Assembly (NCBI GenBank): GCA_002441585.1
Contig: DJWS01000008.1
Location: forward strand, 34,054 to 98,053
Direction: 5' to 3'
Length of the DNA stretch: 64,000 nucleotides
DNA from: Candidatus Saccharibacteria bacterium UBA6224
Lineage (GTDB): Bacteria; Patescibacteriota; Saccharimonadia; Saccharimonadales; UBA4665
In this document: positions 54,711 through 64,000 of the stretch, in pieces
Layout: the number at the start of each line of letters is the position of its first letter
Position numbering within the stretch: the stretch's first letter is position 1
Translations under genes and position numbers: made by a program
Notes under the pieces: generated by a model
What the model saw: only the letters and a program-made list of their open reading frames with translations
Databases searched by the model: none
Told to the model about the DNA's origin: nothing

Positions 54711-55526
54711 GTGTCGCAGTCAGAACAGGCCCCGATTTCCTATTTGCGGGCGGTGCGTGAAGTTATACCTAACAAAGATATCCGAGCCTTTTTAGCAAGA
54801 GCTCATGCATTCAGTGGTATGGTCTTTGGGCATAGCACATCGCAAAGTCTTAGAGTCCCGGTCAATACCGAGGAAGCGCTGCATGACGACTATACGCCGC
54901 AGTACGAAGGTGTCGGCGTGCCCGAGGCGCCAGTATTCGCCATGAACGGACTGAGGGTTGTATTGTTCGAGCGACGGGCTCGGGCATCACAGCACGTGAA
55001 TGAGGTACTGAGCCGGGCGGGCAATCGAATGACGGCAACCAAGATTCGTAGCGGTAGTCGGCCGCGTCATGTCCAGACCGGTGGCAAAGTGGTGCAGACA
55101 AGACCGAATACTTTGCCCGCAGAGCTCGCCGTAGCTCAAGAGGGGCGAGGATTTGGCGAGGGGAGGCTGCGAGCTCATGTTCTGGGCGTAGTAGACTCAA
55201 CCCGCCTTGATACGTTTGACGGTATAGAGTATTCCCTGGAAATCAATCCGATTAGCATGCCAGCCAGGGTCCTGATGGACCAATCGACCATCATCAAGAA
55301 AAACGTTCAGAGTACGGTAGCGGGTAGGCCGTTGTTTAAGTCGGATATCGTTTTTGAATCTGAAAGGTCGCCGCTTCATATACCATTCCTGCAGATCCCC
55401 GAGCGGGTAGTAAGCCGCGATCCGGCGGCGTGCGAGCGCTTCTTGGACAGTGTCCAGTGGCAGGCCGAATTCGATATAGAACTTGCCCCAGTCGAATGGA
55501 GCCAAAAGCTTAGGTCGGACGTATAG
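54711..55526 (+). CDS. hypothetical cytoplasmic protein
   Basis: AAGGAG lies 6 nt before GTG 54711. No family recognised. Confidence 0.5.
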   Translation: MSQSEQAPISYLRAVREVIPNKDIRAFLARAHAFSGMVFGHSTSQSLRVPVNTEEALHDDYTPQYEGVGVPEAPVFAMNGLRVVLFERRARASQHVNEVLSRAGNRMTATKIRSGSRPRHVQTGGKVVQTRPNTLPAELAVAQEGRGFGEGRLRAHVLGVVDSTRLDTFDGIEYSLEINPISMPARVLMDQSTIIKKNVQSTVAGRPLFKSDIVFESERSPLHIPFLQIPERVVSRDPAACERFLDSVQWQAEFDIELAPVEWSQKLRSDV

Positions 55527-55570
55527 CACTCGATTTTTCCTAAAAAACAGCGTATAATCTTCTGACTGTT

Positions 55571-58381
55571 ATGAGTGACAAAATCGTAGTTAAGGGTGCC
55601 CGCGAACACAACCTCAAGAACATTGATGTTGAGTTACCGCGTAACGAGCTGGTTGTTATTACTGGGCTTAGCGGCTCAGGAAAATCCAGCCTGGCTTTCG
55701 ATACCATCTACGCCGAGGGGCAGCGGCGGTATGTCGAGTCGCTTAGCTCGTATGCTCGCCAATTCCTGGGACTTATGGAAAAACCGGACGTTGACCAGAT
55801 TGATGGTCTAAGTCCGGCCATCTCAATCGATCAGAAATCGACTAGTCGCAACCCGCGCAGTACGGTCGCGACAGTGACCGAAATATATGATTATCTGCGC
55901 TTATTGTTCGCACGTGTCGGTGTGCCTCATTGTCCGATTGATGGCAACGAGGTCGTTCGACAAACCGCGGCCAATATCATAGATCAGGTTGCGGCCTTGC
56001 CTAAAGGGGCACGGCTGCTTATTTTGGCCCCGGTCATCATTGACAAGAAGGGCGCCTTCGAACACATCCCTGAACAGTACACGCGCGCCGGTTTTGCACG
56101 GGTACGAGTCGATGGCGTGGTTTACTCGCTCGAAGAATTTCCCGAGCTCGACAAGAACTACAAGCATACCATCGAAGTAGTGGCTGATCGTTTGGTCAAC
56201 AATGATGATAATCGAACCCGTTTGAGTCAGAGCGTCGAACAAGCACTGGAAGTTGCCGAAGGCCGACTGAACGTTGTGGATGCCGACACCAAGACCGAGC
56301 ATAGCTATAGCCTGATGTATGCTTGCCCAGATCATCCCGATATCACGATCCCGGAGCTGGAACCGCGCACCTTCAGTTTCAACAGCCCACATGGTGCCTG
56401 CCCGGTATGCACCGGTCTAGGTTCCCGTCTTGAGGTGGACCCCGAGCTAGTCATGCCTAATGGCAAATTGACCATTGCCGAAGGGGCGATTCGGCCCTTC
56501 AATCGATTCAATGCCGATGCCTGGTGGATGAAGAAATTGCAGGCCGTAGCTGATAGTCACGGCTTCAGCCTGCATGTCCCAACTGGTCAACTACGATCCG
56601 AGGACATCGACAAAATCATGTACGGCACGGGCGAACAGACATATAGGGTGAGCCTGGGTGGTGGCCGTAGCTTCAATACGACGTATGAGGGCGTGGTGCC
56701 CAACCTAGAGCGCCGTCACAACGAAACCGATAGTGATTTCGTTCGCCGCGATATCGAGAAATTTATGATCGAAAAAGCATGCTACCGATGCAAGGGCTTG
56801 CGCCTGAAGCCGGAGGTGCTGGCAATTACTATCGGCAGCAGCTCTATCATGGATGTCTGTCAGTTGAGTATCGATGAGGCCCTGGAATGGGCGAACTCAC
56901 TTGAGCTAAGCACGACCCATCAAAAAATTAGCAAACAGATCATGAAGGAAATATGCGCTCGTTTGCAGTTCTTGGTCGACGTCGGCTTGAACTATCTGAA
57001 CTTATTGCGAAGCGCCACGACATTGTCGGGTGGTGAGGCCCAGCGAATCCGGCTGGCAACACAGATAGGCTCGGGCTTGCAGGGCGTGTTGTATGTTTTG
57101 GATGAGCCGAGTATCGGTCTGCACCAGCGCGACAACGGACGCTTGATTGATACGCTCCAACATCTGAAGACGCTAGGCAATACGGTCGTCGTGGTTGAGC
57201 ACGACGAGGATACTATCCGGACCGCCGACTACCTTATCGATATCGGTCCGGGTGCTGGTATACATGGCGGTCATGTCGTAGCCTCCGGCACTCCCGAACA
57301 AGTGTCGAAGACCAGGGGCAGTATCACGGCCGAATATTTGTCTGGTAAAAAAACGATTGCCACACCAAAGTCTAGGCGCAAGGGCAATGGCAAGTCGCTC
57401 ATTATCCGGGGGGCGCGCGAAAATAACCTCAAGAACGTGACTGTCGAGATACCGCTCGGTGAATTCGTAGTGGTTAGCGGCGTATCAGGCTCGGGCAAGT
57501 CCAGCCTGATAAATGACATTCTGAGCAAGGAATTGCAGGCCCGATTGATGCGCGCCAACACTGTTTCTGGCAAGCACGACGAGATCGAAGGCATTAAGCA
57601 ACTGGACAAGGCGATAATTATCGACCAAAGTCCGATCGGCCGTACGCCGCGCAGCAACCCAGCGACCTACACCGGGCTATTCACTCCCATTCGCGAACTC
57701 TTCGCCAGTGTCCCTGAGGCAAAACTCAGGGGCTACACCGCCGGACGTTTCAGTTTCAACGTCAAGGGTGGGCGCTGCGAGAATTGTGCCGGCGACGGCA
57801 TTATCAAGATTGAGATGCACTTTTTGCCCGATGTCTATGTGCCTTGTGAGGTCTGTCACGGCAAACGTTATAATCGCGAGGCGCTCGATATTCAGTACAA
57901 AGGTAAAACGATTAGCGACGTATTGGAAATGACGTGCGAGCAGGCTCTCGATTTTTTCAAGAATCAACCAGCTATTGCCCGCAAACTACAGACGCTGGTC
58001 GATGTCGGCCTGGGCTACATCGGTCTCGGCCAGCCGGCTACTACATTGTCGGGCGGCGAAGCACAGCGCATCAAATTGAGCACCGAGCTAAGTCGCCGCG
58101 CCACCGGTAAGACGCTGTATATTCTAGACGAGCCGACTACCGGTTTGCACATGGCCGATGTCAACAAGTTGCTGCACATGTTGCACGCCCTTGTTGATGC
58201 TGGTAACAGCATAGTCGTTATCGAGCACAACCTGGACGTCATCAAGAACGCCGATCATGTCATCGATATGGGCCCTGAGGGCGGCAATGGCGGCGGTAAC
58301 ATCATCGCCGAAGGCACGCCCGAACAAGTTGCCAAAGCCACTGGTAGTTACACCGGCAAATTCCTCAAAAAGCTACTCTAG
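55571..58381 (+). CDS. uvrA: excinuclease ABC subunit A
   Basis: Two ABC modules ([14 protein letters not shown]; [13 protein letters not shown]), LSGGEAQR twice, and zinc-finger CxxC pairs. Confidence 0.95.
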   Translation: MSDKIVVKGAREHNLKNIDVELPRNELVVITGLSGSGKSSLAFDTIYAEGQRRYVESLSSYARQFLGLMEKPDVDQIDGLSPAISIDQKSTSRNPRSTVATVTEIYDYLRLLFARVGVPHCPIDGNEVVRQTAANIIDQVAALPKGARLLILAPVIIDKKGAFEHIPEQYTRAGFARVRVDGVVYSLEEFPELDKNYKHTIEVVADRLVNNDDNRTRLSQSVEQALEVAEGRLNVVDADTKTEHSYSLMYACPDHPDITIPELEPRTFSFNSPHGACPVCTGLGSRLEVDPELVMPNGKLTIAEGAIRPFNRFNADAWWMKKLQAVADSHGFSLHVPTGQLRSEDIDKIMYGTGEQTYRVSLGGGRSFNTTYEGVVPNLERRHNETDSDFVRRDIEKFMIEKACYRCKGLRLKPEVLAITIGSSSIMDVCQLSIDEALEWANSLELSTTHQKISKQIMKEICARLQFLVDVGLNYLNLLRSATTLSGGEAQRIRLATQIGSGLQGVLYVLDEPSIGLHQRDNGRLIDTLQHLKTLGNTVVVVEHDEDTIRTADYLIDIGPGAGIHGGHVVASGTPEQVSKTRGSITAEYLSGKKTIATPKSRRKGNGKSLIIRGARENNLKNVTVEIPLGEFVVVSGVSGSGKSSLINDILSKELQARLMRANTVSGKHDEIEGIKQLDKAIIIDQSPIGRTPRSNPATYTGLFTPIRELFASVPEAKLRGYTAGRFSFNVKGGRCENCAGDGIIKIEMHFLPDVYVPCEVCHGKRYNREALDIQYKGKTISDVLEMTCEQALDFFKNQPAIARKLQTLVDVGLGYIGLGQPATTLSGGEAQRIKLSTELSRRATGKTLYILDEPTTGLHMADVNKLLHMLHALVDAGNSIVVIEHNLDVIKNADHVIDMGPEGGNGGGNIIAEGTPEQVAKATGSYTGKFLKKLL

Positions 58382-59016
58382 TTATCAATTGACCGATTGC
58401 GTCGTCGAAATTTTGAAGTTATCGCGGAACGGACGCGCGGGTCCTTGAAGGCATGGTATAGCGTCGGCACCAAGAATAGCAGGACTATTCCGATCAGCAC
58501 CGGCTCGATGTAGTGTTCGATGCCCGGGATGCGGCTACCGATGTAATAGCCTGATAGTGTGACGACCACTGTCCAGGCGATATCACCGATCGCATCATAA
58601 ATCATGAACTGTTTGAGGGGCATGTTTCCAGCACCGGCAGTCACTGGCGCGAAGGTGCGGACAATAGGTACGAAGTGTGCTATCAGCATGGTCTTACTGC
58701 CGTATTTCTCATAAAACTTCTCGGCACGCATGATGTAATCGTGTCGAAAAACCAGGCTATCTTTCTTGAATAGCTTCGGCCCTAAGCGGTTCCCGATATG
58801 ATAGCCGATATTGTCGCCCAAAATGGCAGAAACGGCAATCACGACCATCACTTCTGGCAACGAAAAATAGCCTCCCGCCGCCGCCAGTATGCCGGCCGAG
58901 AACAGCAGGGTATCGCCAGGGAAAAGGAAGCCGACCATCATGCCCGACTCGGCAAAGATAATCAGGGCTATCAGCAGCAAGCCGCCGGATTGAAGGATGG
59001 TATTTACATCAAGCAT
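58378..59016 (-). CDS. DedA-family membrane protein
   Basis: [31 protein letters not shown]. Its stop overlaps the uvrA stop (CTAG). Confidence 0.85.
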   Translation of the reverse strand: MLDVNTILQSGGLLLIALIIFAESGMMVGFLFPGDTLLFSAGILAAAGGYFSLPEVMVVIAVSAILGDNIGYHIGNRLGPKLFKKDSLVFRHDYIMRAEKFYEKYGSKTMLIAHFVPIVRTFAPVTAGAGNMPLKQFMIYDAIGDIAWTVVVTLSGYYIGSRIPGIEHYIEPVLIGIVLLFLVPTLYHAFKDPRVRSAITSKFRRRNRSIDN

Positions 59017-59067
59017 CGTTAGACTTAAGCCTATATGGTTTTGTCGTCAGCGTCCAGTCCCGGATGA

Positions 59068-59076
59068 TGCTATACT
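59068..59076 (+). promoter_or_regulatory. extended -10 TGCTATACT upstream of rplY
   Basis: Exact motif. GGAGGG RBS and ATG 59108 lie downstream. Confidence 0.5.
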
Positions 59077-59107
59077 AGTATCTGATAACGTGACAGGAGG
59101 GAACAGA

Positions 59108-59854
59108 ATGTCTCAAGATACTATTAGTCTCACCGTCGAGCCACGAGAAGTTACCGGTAAGGCAGTCAAGCACCTGCGCCGTAGCGGCATCGTGCCAGGG
59201 GTCATTCACGACCATGGCAAGGAGTCGGTCAATGTCCAGAGTGACTACAACAAGATCATGAAGGTCTACCGCGAGGCCGGTCGACACCATCCGGTTGAAC
59301 TCACCGCCGGGGGCAAGAAATATTTAGCCATCATCAAGAAGGCGACTTTCGAGCCCAAGAAGAATCAGCTCAGTCACGTCGTGTTCAATGCCGTGGATGC
59401 CAAGCAGAAGGTCGAGGCAGCCATTCCGGTACGTCCGAAATATGACGAAGATAACGAGTCGAGCCCGGCCGAGCGCACTGGCCTTATCGTATTGGCCAAC
59501 CTCGACGAGGTATTAGTCGAAGCGGTGCCAAGCAAACTGCCCGATGCGCTTTACTACGATGCCGAAAAGCTAGTCGAAGTGGGCGATCATCTGACGGTTG
59601 CCGACCTGATCGTACCCGAAGGTGTCGAGGTTAAGGCCGAGCCCGAACACGCCATTGCGACCGTTTACGAGCCAAGCGCGATTGCTGCTGCTAACGATGA
59701 TGCCGGTGGAGATGCCGCAGCCGAAGATGCCGCGGATGTCGAATCCGAGCACGAAAGCACTGCCGAAGAGGGAACTCAGGCCGATGAGATTCGACCAGGT
59801 GGTAAAGAACAAAAAGAGAGCAAAGACGAAGGGCGCAACCCCGAAAAACAATAG
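59108..59854 (+). CDS. rplY: 50S ribosomal protein L25/Ctc with acidic C-terminal tail
   Basis: The pattern L.VE.RE.TGK...LRRSG.VPGV.H matches. Start moved to ATG 59108, which follows the RBS. Confidence 0.85.
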   Translation: MSQDTISLTVEPREVTGKAVKHLRRSGIVPGVIHDHGKESVNVQSDYNKIMKVYREAGRHHPVELTAGGKKYLAIIKKATFEPKKNQLSHVVFNAVDAKQKVEAAIPVRPKYDEDNESSPAERTGLIVLANLDEVLVEAVPSKLPDALYYDAEKLVEVGDHLTVADLIVPEGVEVKAEPEHAIATVYEPSAIAAANDDAGGDAAAEDAADVESEHESTAEEGTQADEIRPGGKEQKESKDEGRNPEKQ

Positions 59855-59874
59855 CTCGACGCATTCACGTCAAA

Positions 59875-59906
59875 ACGGGCCCCGAGAGGGCCCGTTCTGT
59901 TTTTTA
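59875..59906. terminator. bidirectional terminator between rplY and the ABC exporter gene
   Basis: ACGGGCCC-CGAGA-GGGCCCGT followed by TCTGTTTTTT, with an A-run upstream. Confidence 0.8.
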
Positions 59907-59910
59907 GTCC

Positions 59911-61692
59911 CTATTCCTCGATGAATCCGCCGCTTTGGTGGGCCCACAGCTTGGCGTAGACACCCTTCTTTTTAAGCAGGGTTTTATGTGAACCTTCTTC
60001 GACGATTTTGCCGTTGTCGAGGACGATGATGCGATCCATATGTTGGATAGTGCTGAGTCGGTGGGCGATGACGATGGTGGTGCGGCCTTCCATCAATTTC
60101 CACAAGGCGTCCTGAATGAGCACCTCGCTTTCGCTGTCTAGTGCCGAGGTCGCTTCGTCGAGCACCAGTATAGGGGCATCCTTGAGCATCGCCCGGGCGA
60201 TGGCGACACGTTGGCGTTGACCGCCACTAAGCTTGACGCCGCGTTCTCCCACCAGAGTTTCGTAGCTGCTTGGTAGCTGGCTGACAAATTCATGCGCATG
60301 CGCATGCTTGGCCACCCGTTCGATGTCAGTTTGATTAGCCAGGGGGTCCCCGTAGCCAATGTTTTCGGCAATCGAGCGGTGGAACAACAATGGCTCCTGG
60401 GGGACATAGGCCAGTTTGGCATGCAGGTCGTCCTGGGTTATGGCGCGTGTGTTCTGGCCATCTATGCGGATTTCACCCGATTGGACGTCAGAAAATCGCA
60501 ACAGCAGGCGGGTAAAGCTGGTCTTGCCGGAACCAGAATGGCCGACCAAACCGATTTTCTCTCCCTCCTCGATTTTGATACTGAGCTTATCGAAAATAGG
60601 TTCATTAGCACCATTATGTACGAAAGTCACATTATCGAACTCGATGACGCCACGCTCGATTCGGCTGGGCTCGGGGTTCTCTGGATCTTGGACTGCCGGA
60701 GTCTGCCCAAGTATGGCAACCATGTCGGTTGCATCACCAAAAGCGCGGTTATAGTTGCGCAAGCTGTTGTTGCCGAACGTGAATAGTTGTTCGACGACAC
60801 TTGCGGTGTAGCTCAATATCAAGAACACCGTAGCTACGTTGGCTCGGAAGAACATGACCGACACGACAGCCATGACAAGTGAGCTGGCTGATATGGTACG
60901 AGTCAACATGCCCAGCGCGTTCATTTGTCTTTGGTGTAGTCGGGCCATGTCCATCAGGGCGGAGTGGGTGGTGTTGGTTGCCTTGCGAAACCGGACGCGT
61001 TCGTATTGACCACGAGCAAAACTTTTGACGGCCATAGCATTGGTGATAGCATCCGCCAGAAAACCAGTCTGCTTGCTTTCGGTAGAGGCGTATTTGGTGC
61101 CGACCCGTCGGACGGGTTTCGATATTTTGAAAGCAATCGTCAAAAAGATAAGTACATAGATGACTAAAGACAACACGAAAAGCGGTGCCCGCGGCAGTAA
61201 TATTATGATGACGATGATGATGCCGGCAATCATCGGATAGACCTGGAAGACCGTCGTGTCGGCGATACGGACGTAACTACCAAGCAGCTTGTTGGTCTGT
61301 GAAACCAGCGAGCCGGTGAAATTGTTGGCGTGGAAGTCGGCCGTCTCATTCAGCATGTGGTCGAAGACCTCTTCGGCCATATCTCGTTGCATGTTGGCCT
61401 CCAGACGCCACATGAAGTGATCGACGATACGCCACATCAATATCCCGCTCAGCACCAGGACGATATAGCTGATCAGTGATGACCCAAAACTATCCCACAA
61501 CTGGTTGGATTGGTAGTCGTGCGAAGCTAGACGACTTAGGACATCGGCCAGAATCAAGGCTGGCAGATAGCCGTTGACCAAGACTGTTATGGGCAAGCTT
61601 ACGCCCAGCGCTATGACATATCGTGGATAGCGCAGCACGCGGCGCCAATAAAAGGACGCGACTAGATTGGATTTGGCCGGATGTTTGTTCAT
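59911..61692 (-). CDS. ABC exporter, fused permease/ATPase (MsbA/multidrug type)
   Basis: Six N-terminal TM helices, Walker A GHSGSGKTS, LSGGQRQR, ILVLDEATSALD. Confidence 0.9.
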   Translation of the reverse strand: MNKHPAKSNLVASFYWRRVLRYPRYVIALGVSLPITVLVNGYLPALILADVLSRLASHDYQSNQLWDSFGSSLISYIVLVLSGILMWRIVDHFMWRLEANMQRDMAEEVFDHMLNETADFHANNFTGSLVSQTNKLLGSYVRIADTTVFQVYPMIAGIIIVIIILLPRAPLFVLSLVIYVLIFLTIAFKISKPVRRVGTKYASTESKQTGFLADAITNAMAVKSFARGQYERVRFRKATNTTHSALMDMARLHQRQMNALGMLTRTISASSLVMAVVSVMFFRANVATVFLILSYTASVVEQLFTFGNNSLRNYNRAFGDATDMVAILGQTPAVQDPENPEPSRIERGVIEFDNVTFVHNGANEPIFDKLSIKIEEGEKIGLVGHSGSGKTSFTRLLLRFSDVQSGEIRIDGQNTRAITQDDLHAKLAYVPQEPLLFHRSIAENIGYGDPLANQTDIERVAKHAHAHEFVSQLPSSYETLVGERGVKLSGGQRQRVAIARAMLKDAPILVLDEATSALDSESEVLIQDALWKLMEGRTTIVIAHRLSTIQHMDRIIVLDNGKIVEEGSHKTLLKKKGVYAKLWAHQSGGFIEE

Positions 61693-61927
61693 GATACCTC
61701 GCCTCCTGCGAAGTCTATTGATTGAGAGGTCGTTGAAATTTTTGAGTTAAAATTTATGGTTACGGGAGAATGTTAGCGAGTCGCGGTCACGACGATACCA
61801 AACACAGATCGTATTGTGATTTTCATGGTTCTTTCGCCGCTCCAGCTTAATTGCTAAATAATACCCCGTATCATATACTGTCGTAGTAAAGAACGCAACC
61901 ATTTTACAGGTTGCGAACCTACGCCAC

Positions 61928-63613
61928 ATGGAACATGACAGGTTTAAGCCTCCAGCCAAGGAGGCGACTAACACGTTTGAGGGCGATGACGACGACTCAA
62001 GCGCCAAGAAAAAGAAGCAGCGAGCGAAAGACATTGCTCGATTTCTTGCCGCCCAGAATATCGATAAACCCCAAGCAGTCAATGCTCCGCCGAAGGAGGA
62101 ACGTTCTATATGGCAGAAGCTGACGGGTCAGTCGGCCGAAGAAGACAAACCGCGAGAATTGGACGATGAGGCGGATCAGGATAAAACCGACGAAGCAATT
62201 GATAAAAACGACCAGCTTGAGGCGGACCGCCCTGTCGATGAGCTGTCGGAGCAGGAGCAAATCGTTACGGCTGAGGCCTACGTAGAGGAGCGTCTGCATG
62301 AGCTGGCCGATGAAGAACTTTCAGCGGCAGAACGCGACGAGGCTATGCCGGAGGCCCACAATGCAGCGGTGGCGTTCCTGGCGACATTACGCGAGCGTTT
62401 GGCTCGCGCGGCTGACGGGGAGGCGTCAGTCGAAGAGGTCATCGAAAGCTCATACGAAGAAGTCGTTGGTGCTTCGAGGCCGGCGGTCGGCACTGAAATG
62501 CCTATAGAATTGACGCACGAAGCGACGATCCCGCTTGGAGACAACGCGGCAAATATTCCACCCCCGCCCAGTACACCCAGGCGTTCGACACCGAATCCCG
62601 AAGATCCACGACGTCGTCACCAAGAAGCCGACGCAGGTGGAGCCACGGCCCCGGAGGTTCTATCGACAGCAGCTAACATGGCTGCTGCTGGCGAGCGCAC
62701 GATTCCCATCGAAGAAGCAATGTATTTTGAGCGGCGAGCACAACAGCGGGGACTGCTAGTCGGGGGCATCGTCGGCTATCTGATTGGACGCCGGCGGGGT
62801 CGGATTAAGACCGAGAAACGCATGGCTCGGGTGCAACAACAGCTTGAGAAGCAAGTTGTTGAAGTCCAGCAACAAGTCATAAGAAAAGAAGCCGAGCTTG
62901 AGCGGACGGTCAATTCTCATCGACGCGAAACGTACGCTTCTGAGCAGGCATATAAGGCTGAACGGTTAAACGAAGCGAGGCAAAGTCCGGCGTCACAGGA
63001 AATCCACATAGACAGACCTAAGACCAGAGCTGAACATACTGCTACGGCTTCTGCTGCTGCCAACGTGCCCTCCATCGAACGTCAGGGTCGGGCGCCAGTA
63101 TCCGCGCACGGCATTGCTGCGGAGCGAGCATTGACCATAAATACTCCAGTGGCCGAGATGAGCCGCCAAGAGCTCTTGAACGAGAGCGCCAACATTCGGG
63201 TGGGTGAGTCTAACTTGCGTCGTGTGTATGATGCCCGCTTGGTTGATGAGAGCGGGCTACGTCGCCTGGTCCAAGAATATAAAGCCGGACATGATATGCG
63301 CCGAGTCTTGGCCCGAGAATTTCTTATAAAGGAGCTACGGTTCGAGCGAGATCCTCAGTTACGCCAAGCAGTCCTGGACGATCCATCCGGCATCAGGGGT
63401 GGTGGAGTCTCCCAACAATCGCTTACCCAGCACCGCACCGACTCATCATCAGTCGACTTGCCCGGTGGGGGCCCGAAGGCAGCTGCTCCCCGTGCCGGGT
63501 CAAATACGCGCCGTAACCAGCAAACATCAGTGTCTCCGGCCATCTTGGCTCTACTGACTTTCCTCACCATCGCCCTGGCTCTCTACGCCCTGTGGCTGAC
63601 CGTCACGCGTTAA
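61928..63613 (+). CDS. acidic/coiled-coil membrane protein (hypothetical)
   Basis: D/E-rich N-terminal 200 aa, a central TM (LLVGGIVGYLIG), coiled-coil segments, and a C-terminal TM (ILALLTFLTIALALYALWL). Confidence 0.55.
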   Translation: MEHDRFKPPAKEATNTFEGDDDDSSAKKKKQRAKDIARFLAAQNIDKPQAVNAPPKEERSIWQKLTGQSAEEDKPRELDDEADQDKTDEAIDKNDQLEADRPVDELSEQEQIVTAEAYVEERLHELADEELSAAERDEAMPEAHNAAVAFLATLRERLARAADGEASVEEVIESSYEEVVGASRPAVGTEMPIELTHEATIPLGDNAANIPPPPSTPRRSTPNPEDPRRRHQEADAGGATAPEVLSTAANMAAAGERTIPIEEAMYFERRAQQRGLLVGGIVGYLIGRRRGRIKTEKRMARVQQQLEKQVVEVQQQVIRKEAELERTVNSHRRETYASEQAYKAERLNEARQSPASQEIHIDRPKTRAEHTATASAAANVPSIERQGRAPVSAHGIAAERALTINTPVAEMSRQELLNESANIRVGESNLRRVYDARLVDESGLRRLVQEYKAGHDMRRVLAREFLIKELRFERDPQLRQAVLDDPSGIRGGGVSQQSLTQHRTDSSSVDLPGGGPKAAAPRAGSNTRRNQQTSVSPAILALLTFLTIALALYALWLTVTR

Positions 63614-63632
63614 TCGGGTACAATAGGATTTC

Positions 63633-64000
63633 ATGCAAAAGATACTGCTTTATTACAAATTCGCACCAATTGCCGATACGCAGGCGATGGTCCTCTGGCA
63701 GAGAACGCTCTGCGAGAGTCTTGATTTGCGTGGACGGATTCTCATCAGCCCCCATGGGCTCAATGGTACGGTGGGGGGTGATATCACCGACCTCAAACGT
63801 TATATCAAGGCCACCAAAAGCTATCCGGCGTTCAAAGATATCGTCTTCAAATGGAGCGATGGCAGTCGTGAGCATTTTCCGCGCCTGAGCGTCCGGGCCC
63901 GCAAAGAGATAGTCGGCTTTCATGCACCAGATGAGACCAGGGTTGATGAACATGGTGTCGTCGGCGGCGGCAAGCACCTCAAGCCAAAACAGGTCCATGA
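63633..64000 (+). CDS. trhO: rhodanese-related sulfurtransferase TrhO/YceA (UPF0176), 3'-truncated by window edge
   Basis: Hand-translated as MQKILLYYKFAPIADTQAMVLWQRTLCESLDLRGRILISPHGLNGTVGG..., which matches the UPF0176 N-terminus. Absent from the ORF track because there is no stop within the window. Confidence 0.75.
   Translation, partial: MQKILLYYKFAPIADTQAMVLWQRTLCESLDLRGRILISPHGLNGTVGGDITDLKRYIKATKSYPAFKDIVFKWSDGSREHFPRLSVRARKEIVGFHAPDETRVDEHGVVGGGKHLKPKQVH

Noticed and set aside
63603-63998. 131-aa minus-strand ORF at the window end
   Set aside because: The plus strand encodes a clear TrhO/UPF0176 N-terminus from ATG 63633, so the minus ORF is its shadow.

Overview
This 64-kb chromosomal segment is about 90% coding and uses the standard code, with TAA, TAG and TGA all serving as stops. 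No transposase, integrase, CRISPR array or rRNA was seen.

Gene content is mostly housekeeping:
- Glycolysis: pyk-pgk-tpiA.
- DNA repair and turnover: pcrA, tatD, ruvX, sbcB, uvrA.
- Translation and RNA modification: rsmA, metG, mnmA, a short alaS, obg, rplY, trhO (3' partial).
- Cell division and wall: ftsA, mltG.
- Other: a NifS/IscS-type desulfurase and an F-type ATP synthase cluster.
- RNA genes: tRNA-Glu(UUC), tRNA-Val(CAC) and a clear tmRNA (ssrA).

The short AlaRS, the compact organisation, the Firmicute-like pairs yabE-like/rsmA and metG/tatD, and the many secreted or membrane orphan proteins suggest a reduced-genome Gram-positive-type lineage, possibly CPR/Patescibacteria (Saccharimonadia-like). 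That placement is inference only.

Most interesting observations:
1. The gene in the atpE position (26833-27684) encodes a signal peptide, a ~180-aa secreted domain and a C-terminal hairpin that resembles a c subunit. The ion-binding carboxylate is replaced by Leu, and the atpF-H-A-G-D-C cluster has no a subunit or canonical c subunit gene nearby.
2. A ~6-kb cluster (34307-40192) encodes three secreted proteins sharing a C-terminal PAG-x-Y...T-x-TF strand motif. It also encodes a membrane-anchored DUF916/DUF3324-like two-domain protein and a PKD-domain membrane protein. This may be an undescribed surface-fibre or adhesin assembly system.
3. A ThiF/E1-like adenylyltransferase is translationally coupled to an upstream gene that the window edge cuts off.
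4. A long structured leader, preceded by tandem direct repeats, lies upstream of a LysM-CHAP hydrolase and is a riboswitch candidate.
5. Several short duplications sit at gene boundaries: the tRNA-Glu 3' end, the pcrA 3' end, and the metG promoter/start. The last creates a Met-rich mini-ORF.
6. Extended -10 promoters (TGnTAnAnT) lie 6-9 nt from start codons at many genes, implying leaderless mRNAs.
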